Shown piece by piece: positions 57,270 to 64,000 of a stretch of DNA of 64,000 nucleotides. The stretch lies in sequence record OZ346158.1; one strand, given 5' to 3'. The stretch's first letter is position 1; each line of letters starts with the position of its first letter. This DNA is from a phage. The notes under the pieces were generated by a model that ran no database searches, was not told the DNA's origin, and worked only from the letters and a program-made list of their open reading frames with translations. The translations under genes and the position numbers were made by a program.

Positions 57270-57359
57270 AATAGTTTGAAAACAAACAACCATCTTACAA
57301 AGCATAATACATAAGGCGGTGGAATGGTCCGCCACCTGGAACAAGAAGAGGAAAACAAA

Positions 57360-57464
57360 ATGAAACAGAAATTAATTGATGCGGTGATCCTGGTTATTGC
57401 CCTGGGTATTGGCCTGATTGCAACCATGGCTAATGTGATCTTGTCTTCCAACGGTATCGGGTGA
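57360..57464 (+). CDS. possible small membrane peptide (34 aa)
   Basis: AGAAGAGGAAAACAAAATG RBS; hydrophobic core AVILVIALGIGLIATMA. Confidence 0.35.
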   Translation: MKQKLIDAVILVIALGIGLIATMANVILSSNGIG

Positions 57465-57779
57465 GGTTGGCAAATGATCACTAACAAAACAGGCAAGCGG
57501 AATTTTTACTCAACTTACAGATCGGCAAGCCTGAGATCTGGTATTGCACTAAAACACCACGTGACGAAATGAAAGACTTCACCGCCACGCTGCAACGGGT
57601 AAAGATATCCATCACGCAGAAAAAGGCCTTGATAGTGGTGGAAGGTGAGATCCCTCAAACCGTTGTTATAGTTGAGCGTACAGCATAGTTTAATTTATAC
57701 CGATACCCGAAAATTAACCAACAAAGCATAAACAGGCGGTTACCGCCGCCTTAAACGTAGCAGAAAGAGGATAGACACA

Positions 57780-58064
57780 ATGAAAAAGATGATCGCAGTG
57801 GTTGCCCTGGTTGTTGGACTTAATGCGCCTGTAATGGCTAAAGAGCTGGCAAAAGAGGTTAATCTAACGGATATTCATGCCGTCAATCGAATCGGGGTTA
57901 CTTATCGCTTATGCCTTGCCGCTAAAACTTTTAAGGACGGCACGACAGAGTACTACGGATTCGAAGGTGTCCGGTGCGGTGAACTTGCTCGCGACCTTAA
58001 GGAAGATCCAGACCTGGAGGATCTGCCCATCACCGTAAACGGGAAAACTTACGTAAACCGTTAA
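57780..58064 (+). CDS. secreted/periplasmic small protein
   Basis: 94 aa; signal peptide MKKMIAVVALVVGLNAPVMA; AGAAAGAGGATAG RBS. Confidence 0.55.
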   Translation: MKKMIAVVALVVGLNAPVMAKELAKEVNLTDIHAVNRIGVTYRLCLAAKTFKDGTTEYYGFEGVRCGELARDLKEDPDLEDLPITVNGKTYVNR

Positions 58065-58212
58065 CCATGATAAAGATAATCATCACCTTGGCATCGTGGC
58101 GGGATCGCTGGCGCTCTTTCTCCTTATGGTTAGGTATGTGCTGATCGGTATTGTCCTGGTAGTCAGTGATCTATTGGAAACGGTTGGCACCTTGTTTTAA
58201 AGAGCGGTAAAA

Positions 58213-58404
58213 ATGAATATCGAACAAGTTAGAAAGGTATTGGCGGTACTGCGTTATCATAATCATAGAAAGGTCATAGACGATCCTGATTATGTCGATT
58301 CAAGCCTGGAAGGGGATACACTACAAGCCATAAGTAACATGCAAGAATTGCTAAAGCGCATGACAGAGAAAAACCGACCGGACTACATAGGCGAAAAAAT
58401 ATAA
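58213..58404 (+). CDS. hypothetical protein
   Basis: 63-aa ORF, weak RBS. Confidence 0.4.
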   Translation: MNIEQVRKVLAVLRYHNHRKVIDDPDYVDSSLEGDTLQAISNMQELLKRMTEKNRPDYIGEKI

Positions 58405-58467
58405 TCCTTATAAACTACAAAACAGGGCTTGCAATGGTCCTGTTTTTTGTTATACTTGTTTCACGGC

Positions 58468-58505
58468 AGGCGCCTGGCGACGGGGGAGACAATCACCGGG
58501 TGTGC
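58468..58505 (-). repeat. inverted copy of the 49.35/49.48-kb CCGGTGATTGTCTCCC element
   Basis: GGGGGAGACAATCACCGGG on + strand is the reverse complement of the motif at 49346 and 49479; flanks GCCTGCCGT also shared. Confidence 0.6.
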
Positions 58506-58615
58506 CTGCTATATAAAAACTATAAAAACCGTTGACATCTGCCAGGTGGTGGGGTAGCATTTATCTCGAAGGGGGCAAAAGCGCCCACACAACAACCGGA
58601 AGAGAGGAAAACGCC

Positions 58616-58888
58616 ATGTTAAGCTGGATTAACCAAGAAGTTGAATCACGTTTCAATGCTATTTGGGATCTCATCGAAAAAGAGGACGGAACATCAAGCC
58701 CTTATCTCAATAATCTTGAATTCCATTTCGTGGAAGCGATGAACGCAGAACATGATCACGAAGGTGGTGCGGATGAATTCGCTAAAGGATATGGCTTCAA
58801 CAATGCCAACGAAATGATCGAGGCGGTTGTACTCCAGGCTGAGGAAGATTATCAATTAAAAACGCTTGAATTCTGCCGCCGTAAGTAA
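58616..58888 (+). CDS. hypothetical protein
   Basis: ATG after GAAGAGAGGAAAA; TTGACA promoter-like at 58531. Confidence 0.5.
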   Translation: MLSWINQEVESRFNAIWDLIEKEDGTSSPYLNNLEFHFVEAMNAEHDHEGGADEFAKGYGFNNANEMIEAVVLQAEEDYQLKTLEFCRRK

Positions 58889-58950
58889 TAAGATAATGAC
58901 ACGGGCCAAAAGGCCCACTAAACAAAAACCACATAAAGAGGAAAAACATC

Positions 58951-59214
58951 ATGAAACGTCTTGATCAGCTCAAATTAGTTCAATATATGGCTTATCGTGT
59001 TCTTGAAGTCCAGAAAGGTAGCAAAAAAGAGGTTTGCGAGAAAGCTTATAAGATCTTCACTCGCAAAAAAGATGATTGGATGTTACGCCAGACCAAAAAA
59101 GCCGATATCTTGGGGTACCTGGAAGAAGAGATCCGGCTTGAAGAGCAAGAAGAGATCCGCCGCAGTGAGGCAGATTATCAGGCAGCTTGGGAAAACTGGA
59201 TGAATAACAAATAA
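58951..59214 (+). CDS. hypothetical charged protein
   Basis: 87 aa, AAAGAGGAAAAACATCATG RBS. Confidence 0.5.
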   Translation: MKRLDQLKLVQYMAYRVLEVQKGSKKEVCEKAYKIFTRKKDDWMLRQTKKADILGYLEEEIRLEEQEEIRRSEADYQAAWENWMNNK

Positions 59215-59280
59215 TACAACAAGTTACATGGTCAGGGGCAATAAAGCCCCTTGATCACATAAAAATTATGCCATCCTTGG

Positions 59281-59309
59281 TTGACAGGGATCGGCAGTTT
59301 TGCTATATT
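59281..59309 (+). promoter_or_regulatory. sigma70-like promoter TTGACA-17-TATATT
   Basis: TTGACAgggatcggcagttttgcTATATT upstream of gene 59359. Confidence 0.55.
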
Positions 59310-59358
59310 CTTTTTTGAAGGGAAGTTGTAAGAAAATTAACTAAGAGGTAAAAACACC

Positions 59359-59778
59359 ATGAACATTAAATCTAATAATCCGGCATATAGCTTTGATAAC
59401 GCTTTTTGTCACGGTCCGGCGGCGAAAGGATTCGAAATCGATGGTAAACTAGTTATTGTCAATGTTGACGGGGAAGAGGTTGCAGTATATCCGGTGGCAG
59501 ACGTTAAAAGCCGTCTACAATGCCGCATCGATGTTACCGCCTACCAGCTTGATCCGGTCCGGGTAGTTGCCCTGGTCCTGGAAGAAGAAATTAAAGCAAT
59601 GCACCACAGCAACAAGTTTATTGGTGACGCTCAAGATAATATGAAGGTGTGCCGCCATAAAGTTAATGAAGTGCTTAAAGAATATGGCTTTAAAGATCTG
59701 ATGATCAAACGTGAGGAAAAATTCCGCTACCGTAACGACCTGGCAAATCGGATTTTTGAAATATACGAATCATTATAA
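59359..59778 (+). CDS. hypothetical protein
   Basis: 139 aa, CTAAGAGGTAAAAACACCATG RBS; followed by terminator. Confidence 0.55.
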   Translation: MNIKSNNPAYSFDNAFCHGPAAKGFEIDGKLVIVNVDGEEVAVYPVADVKSRLQCRIDVTAYQLDPVRVVALVLEEEIKAMHHSNKFIGDAQDNMKVCRHKVNEVLKEYGFKDLMIKREEKFRYRNDLANRIFEIYESL

Positions 59779-59796
59779 TTTCTTAACTGAATTATC

Positions 59797-59826
59797 AAGG
59801 GGCTTAAAGGCCCCTTTCTTTTTGTC
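59797..59826 (+). terminator. rho-independent terminator ending the + strand small-gene array
   Basis: AGGGGC-TTAAAG-GCCCCT followed by TTCTTTTTG. Confidence 0.75.
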
Positions 59827-60591
59827 TGCTCTTCTCCTACCATAAACGGCCCTACCTGGCAAGTGGAATAATTGACTAGCCATCAATCCCACATACTGTA
59901 CAAATATACATGGAAAATAACTATTGCATAATTTTTCATTGTGTGGTAGCAAGTCCATTTTTACCCGTTTTCTCTCCCAAAAGTGCACGTAATGCCGCTA
60001 TTGCACAAATTTTAACCTGATGCACATCTCCAATATCTTGTCAACAACTAAAAATCTTTATAAGTCATACACTTACACAGCATCGAAAGCGTGTTCTACG
60101 CGAAAAATCGAGTATAACTATAGCCGCCAGATCTCAGAATTCACGTACGCACGCCATTCTATAGCCTGCAAAGTATTTATTCCAACCACAGAATAACGGA
60201 ATAGTCAATACCTGCATAAAATAATTATTCGTGTAAACTGCATAACATAAATCAGCTCAGGTGTCAACATTTTTCGTAAACAGTCCGAAATTATCACGAT
60301 GAGTTATCATAAACAGAGAAATCTTTAGTCGTCTAATGTTTACTGTACATTACTATACTGACTGGAATCATTAGATGACTAATACAATAGAACAAATTAA
60401 TAATGTAATTATTTTACCTGTAACAATAAGGCAACTATGCAAACGAATGGCATGGCGCGACGGAGTCGCGACATAATATAAAAGCAGTAACCATCACCCC
60501 CGTGATAGTTTGTCTGCAAACTATTAATCAGATCATAGTTGCCTTGTATTTAGTTAATCATGACATAACAAGCAAGGCAACTATAGATATA
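59827..60591. other. AT-rich non-coding region with multiple hairpins/inverted repeats
   Basis: No credible ORF; hairpins ATAGTTTG-TCTG-CAAACTAT (60506), ATAGTTGCCTTG...CAAGGCAACTAT (60538/60580, third copy of AAGGCAACTAT at 60424), TAGTCGTCTAATG...CATTAGATGACTA (60326/60376). Confidence 0.5.
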
Positions 60592-60849
60592 CTAAACCAT
60601 AGCTTCAAAAGGAGTCATGAACGAATAAACGGCATCATCATCTGCTTCAGGGAATGCTCCCAAAGACTTCATATCTGAACCCTTGACAAATACAAGGTTT
60701 TGATCAAAGGCTTCTTGGGGGTCAATCCGATACATATTTCGTAGAATATCGCTTACCTCCTCATCAAGAGGTGAGTATGCTGTGCACGTTTTTCCGATCA
60801 AGCTTTGAGAATCAGGGTATCCACCTGAAGTTTTAAAATAAACAATCAT
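60592..60849 (-). CDS. hypothetical protein
   Basis: 85-aa ORF, last gene of - strand block. Confidence 0.45.
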   Translation of the reverse strand: MIVYFKTSGGYPDSQSLIGKTCTAYSPLDEEVSDILRNMYRIDPQEAFDQNLVFVKGSDMKSLGAFPEADDDAVYSFMTPFEAMV

Positions 60850-60940
60850 ATAGTATCACCTCTGGTAAGAGATTGGGATTCCTTTCCCACAAATAATTAC
60901 AAATCTTCCTTATCGAGGAAGTATGCTAATCCAAGCAGGA

Positions 60941-61210
60941 TTATTCCTCTACAATCTCATACACATCAGGAGTTACAATCAATTCTTCTCCGTTACCCGG
61001 TGCAACAAACACCACCAAACCTTCAGGTGTGTGCTTTTTAGCCATCTCGATAACATCTTCTCGCAGAGCTGGCTCCATCAGATCAAAACCTTCACCCAGG
61101 GCATCACGAACCACCTTCATATAGTCCACTGGTTGTGCTTCAACAATCATGCCTTCAACCAGTCCACAGTTTTTGTCTGCCAGCTCAGTTTTGAATAATT
61201 TAATTTTCAT
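60941..61210 (-). CDS. hypothetical acidic protein
   Basis: 89 aa, GAGGAGA RBS on - strand. Confidence 0.5.
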   Translation of the reverse strand: MKIKLFKTELADKNCGLVEGMIVEAQPVDYMKVVRDALGEGFDLMEPALREDVIEMAKKHTPEGLVVFVAPGNGEELIVTPDVYEIVEE

Positions 61211-61236
61211 TTAGAGGTCTCCTCAATTATTTGATA

Positions 61237-61338
61237 TTAATAGCCGTAACCTAACACATTAACTACAACTGCGATTGCAAACATAATTTCAAAGCATGCA
61301 ATCTCTACATTTGGGACTAATTTCTTAATCACACCCAT
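61237..61338 (-). CDS. possible small membrane peptide (33 aa)
   Basis: Below track cutoff; GAGGTG RBS-like; hydrophobic. Confidence 0.3.
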   Translation of the reverse strand: MGVIKKLVPNVEIACFEIMFAIAVVVNVLGYGY

Positions 61339-61347
61339 TGTAGCACC

Positions 61348-61665
61348 TCATTTTCCAAAGTCAATCTTTACTTTGCCTTTCCCCTTACCTTTCTTTCCAC
61401 CGCATTTAGCCAGCTGACGTGCTGCAACATCTACCATACGGTCAGTTGCCTCGTAAGCATCACTACCTTTAGCCTTGGCAATAACTTCTTTTCCAGAATT
61501 GTCAAAAATGAACGCCATAACTTCCTGGTGATCATTTTCAACTTTTACACTCACACGTGCATAGTTGGCAGAGGGGTGCAAACGCTCCAGTTTAGACATT
61601 TTGTTGGAAATGAAAGACACCATACCTTCAGTGATTTCTACGTTGCCAGTGATTTCAATTTGCAT
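61348..61665 (-). CDS. hpf: ribosome hibernation promoting factor / RaiA family (Ribosomal_S30AE) homologue
   Basis: 105 aa; N-terminus MQIEITGNVEITEGMVSFISNKMSKLERL...VKVEN aligns by eye with E. coli HPF MQLNITGNNVEITEALREFVTAKFAKLEQ...LKVEK; ARQLAK near C-terminus; own - strand promoter TTGACA-17-TATCAT (61713..61741) preceded by a terminator hairpin. Confidence 0.8.
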   Translation of the reverse strand: MQIEITGNVEITEGMVSFISNKMSKLERLHPSANYARVSVKVENDHQEVMAFIFDNSGKEVIAKAKGSDAYEATDRMVDVAARQLAKCGGKKGKGKGKVKIDFGK

Positions 61666-61712
61666 AACGTGTTCCTTTTAAAGAAGAGGGAACCAAACCC
61701 TCTTTGAAAACA

Positions 61713-61741
61713 ATGATACTAAATCTGAAGCGTTGTGTCAA
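61713..61741 (-). promoter_or_regulatory. sigma70-like promoter TTGACA-17-TATCAT driving the HPF homologue
   Basis: Reverse complement reads TTGACAcaacgcttcagatttagTATCAT about 45 nt upstream of HPF start; terminator-like hairpin AGAGGGAACCAAACCCTCT lies just upstream at 61684..61702. Confidence 0.55.
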
Positions 61742-61747
61742 CAGTTT

Positions 61748-62038
61748 TTACAGATTGTTGTCGATAGTTTTTAAAATATCCACAGCAAGATCTGCCATTT
61801 TTCGAACATACTCTGCAAACTCAACAGGATCCTTGATCAAAGAATTCACAGGGTCGTACCCTAGAGCGTTCAAAATGGCTGCAGCATCTACAACCTTCTC
61901 ATCATTTGCGAAGATCTCTCCATCAAACTTGTAGGTCCATTTTGAGTCAATCTTGGCAGGGAAGGATTGGTCAACGCTTGTTACACCATCCTTTTTAAAC
62001 GCTCCGGTGTTATCAGTGTCCAGAACTAAATCCATCAT
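61748..62038 (-). CDS. hypothetical protein
   Basis: 96-aa ORF. Confidence 0.5.
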   Translation of the reverse strand: MMDLVLDTDNTGAFKKDGVTSVDQSFPAKIDSKWTYKFDGEIFANDEKVVDAAAILNALGYDPVNSLIKDPVEFAEYVRKMADLAVDILKTIDNNL

Positions 62039-62055
62039 GTTAGTACCCCACTGTT

Positions 62056-62454
62056 TCAGTTTAGCTTTTCTTCAACAACCCCATAGCTCGGGACAGAGTC
62101 AAGAGCTTTCTGGTTTAAAAGTGGTGTAGCAGAATCTGCAAACGGTGTCCAAGTTTTTGTTCTGGCATTCCAGTAATGCTTCACTCTGGAATCTGGATGC
62201 ACTATAACAAAAACTTTTTCACTTGTCAACACATTAATTTCTTCTACACCCTTGCTGATAATTTCTCCGTCATAGCCCCCAGTCTGGTATCCTTCGTACC
62301 AGGTTCTTGCATAGGCATAGCCAGCTTGCCAGCATGCAGCCTCCTCCGAGGTGGAGACTACGTAGAAGTCTTTCTCAAATTCTGGAATACGCCCTTGCTT
62401 TATGCTCCAAGCTCCGCGAATTTTCATTGTAACTTTGAACAGTTTATTTTTCAC
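62056..62454 (-). CDS. hypothetical protein
   Basis: 132-aa ORF. Confidence 0.5.
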   Translation of the reverse strand: MKNKLFKVTMKIRGAWSIKQGRIPEFEKDFYVVSTSEEAACWQAGYAYARTWYEGYQTGGYDGEIISKGVEEINVLTSEKVFVIVHPDSRVKHYWNARTKTWTPFADSATPLLNQKALDSVPSYGVVEEKLN

Positions 62455-62466
62455 AACGGTTACCCA

Positions 62467-62721
62467 TCACAGCTCTACAATATTTGCATCTGACCCTACC
62501 CCAAAGGCATAATAGGACTCTTCCCCGAAATAATATTCAGGTGCACCAGCGGTGATCAGGTCTGCTCCTAAGATAAACACTACGTTGTGGCCTACATAAC
62601 TGTGATGTTGCCGAACAGGATCATCCCACGGCAACCCTTCAAAGTATACCGCAGGAACGACCTTTCCCTTCAGGAAGGATTGTCCCAAGTAGACGTTAGA
62701 ATCAAGAATTTTAACCTTCAT
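62467..62721 (-). CDS. hypothetical protein (tandem paralogue 1)
   Basis: 84 aa; MKVKILDSNVYLGQ...GADLITAGAPEYYFGEE similar to the adjacent gene. Confidence 0.5.
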   Translation of the reverse strand: MKVKILDSNVYLGQSFLKGKVVPAVYFEGLPWDDPVRQHHSYVGHNVVFILGADLITAGAPEYYFGEESYYAFGVGSDANIVEL

Positions 62722-62938
62722 GATTGTCCTCCACTATCTCTACATCCTCACCTAGGGCAAAGTTGTAGGTCCACTGACTGTCAAAGCATTCCTGAGATGC
62801 ACCAGCGGCAATAAGATCTGCCCCTTTTATTTTTAAAAGGTCGGGGTAATCTTCGTTAGGGACAGCAGTAAACACTTTCCCCACTAAGGGCTCCTGACCA
62901 ATATAGAAGCTCGAATCTAAAACTTTAACTTTCATCAA
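62711..62938 (-). CDS. hypothetical protein (tandem paralogue 2)
   Basis: 75 aa; MMKVKVLDSSFYIGQ...GADLIAAGASQECF similar to 62467..62721. Confidence 0.5.
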   Translation of the reverse strand: MMKVKVLDSSFYIGQEPLVGKVFTAVPNEDYPDLLKIKGADLIAAGASQECFDSQWTYNFALGEDVEIVEDNHEG

Positions 62939-63222
62939 CGGTCTCCATCAGGTGGTTGTGGGACGTAAACACTGTTACGAATATCGTCCGCAGTATAGTA
63001 ATAAGTGTCTCCAACCCTATCTCTGGCTGCAATGTACTCTGCTATACCAATAAGTGCCATTGATTTGGTGGCGTATCTTCCCCACTCGTTAGCTCCCCAG
63101 TAGAATTTAGACCAGTAAGGAATAAGACCGAACAAATATACCTTTTGACGAACTTCCCAGTAAGTGCCTTTTCCGACAAGTTTAAACTCGACTTCACTAC
63201 TGTTAATCTTTTTCATTATCAA
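62935..63222 (-). CDS. hypothetical protein
   Basis: 95-aa ORF, coupled. Confidence 0.5.
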   Translation of the reverse strand: MIMKKINSSEVEFKLVGKGTYWEVRQKVYLFGLIPYWSKFYWGANEWGRYATKSMALIGIAEYIAARDRVGDTYYYTADDIRNSVYVPQPPDGDR

Positions 63223-63515
63223 TCTCCCTCTACCGTGGTAGGATTGTCAGTAAGAAATTGAGCATTGGCTGGAGGCACGCCTGACATTTTCCACACAACC
63301 ATAAGTTTGTAACCAGGCACTCTATTAAGTGCAGATCGAGTAGAGTTTGTGCACGTATACTTTCGCTTTCCAAACCCGTTCTCCATCATAATCCAGTACC
63401 CAGTATCTTTGTCACCAGGTATCGGTAGACCACCTTCATCAACCCACTGAATGGACCACGGCACGATGGCTACAGCTTTATATTTAAACTTTTTAAACCA
63501 CTCAAAAAGTTTCAT
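63219..63515 (-). CDS. hypothetical protein
   Basis: 98-aa ORF, coupled. Confidence 0.5.
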   Translation of the reverse strand: MKLFEWFKKFKYKAVAIVPWSIQWVDEGGLPIPGDKDTGYWIMMENGFGKRKYTCTNSTRSALNRVPGYKLMVVWKMSGVPPANAQFLTDNPTTVEGD

Positions 63516-63610
63516 AATTCAGCCTCGCATAGACATAATCACTATAAACAGGCAAACAATGAATCCGAATGCCACGCCACCCATAAACGTTAATATTGAT
63601 GCAATCATAG

Positions 63611-63796
63611 TCAATCAGCCTCGCTTGGCAACTCTTCTACCTTAACATGCCGAAAAGTGTTACCGTAATGGTTGATCCATGACATCAGCTCGCTTTCTTG
63701 CTCTTCCTCTGGGATGAACTCTCGAATGCTGACAAGTTTTAAGAAAACCCAATCACAATCTGCACCCATTCTACCAGACAGGCAATAGTGCTTCAT
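63611..63796 (-). CDS. hypothetical protein
   Basis: 61-aa ORF. Confidence 0.4.
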   Translation of the reverse strand: MKHYCLSGRMGADCDWVFLKLVSIREFIPEEEQESELMSWINHYGNTFRHVKVEELPSEAD

Positions 63797-64000
63797 AAAA
63801 CCCTCCCGCCTGGTTTAGAATATTGCTTCTTCCATTGCGCCTGAGAGCAACAAAGAGGTGATCTGGCTAACATTCATCTCAGACTCTACTTCCTCCCCTT
63901 TGAAAGGTTCGCGGCAGAATAGGACTGTTTCAGGACTTTTACTTCGAACAATATAATACAAATCATTCAATGTGTTGTAGTAATAAGTGTTAAAACGTAA

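Noticed and set aside
59773-59988. 71-aa - strand ORF overlapping terminator 59797
   Set aside because: Overlaps the end of a supported + strand gene and a terminator hairpin; no RBS
61704-61934. 76-aa + strand ORF overlapping the HPF promoter/terminator region
   Set aside because: Antisense to the - strand block and overlaps a - strand gene plus regulatory hairpin; no RBS
1-64000. tRNA genes, integrase/recombinase, transposase, toxin-antitoxin pairs
   Set aside because: Scanned intergenic regions for GTTCRANYC T-loop-like cloverleaf signatures and ORF translations for tyrosine/serine recombinase or DDE motifs; none found, so the window is read as a lytic phage genome rather than a prophage or integrative element

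Overview
This window reads as a gene-dense stretch of a virulent tailed dsDNA phage genome: no integrase, transposase, rRNA/tRNA or host housekeeping genes were seen. All calls rest on reading the ORF translations and DNA by eye; no searches were run. Layout: (1) 1-14.3 kb, + strand virion/tail-fibre module with two paralogous tail-fibre genes, a 581-aa fibre and a 1878-aa Ig-domain protein, closed by a bidirectional terminator. (2) 14.4-21.35 kb, - strand block of small genes including a HAD-family phosphatase and a VWA/HExxH metallopeptidase-like protein. (3) 21.4-48.7 kb, + strand replication and DNA-metabolism block: MoxR-like AAA+ ATPase, secreted SleB-like cell-wall hydrolase, GHKL-type ATPase, Dda/Pif1-like helicase, N6-adenine methyltransferase, C5-methyltransferase-like protein, T7 gp4-like primase-helicase, a family A DNA polymerase that appears split by a group I intron carrying an HNH endonuclease, an SSB-like protein and a Poa1p-like macro-domain protein. 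(4) 48.7-49.7 kb, repeat-rich non-coding region. (5) 49.7-59.8 kb, about 25 small + strand genes, many with their own sigma70-like promoter, a GC-rich leader hairpin and an AAAGAGGA-type RBS. (6) 59.8-60.6 kb, AT-rich structured non-coding region. (7) 60.6-64 kb, - strand small genes including a ribosome hibernation factor (HPF/RaiA) homologue with its own promoter. The most notable candidates are the intron-split polymerase, the phage-borne HPF, the macro-domain and GHKL proteins, and the promoter-dense early-gene array with repeated regulatory elements.
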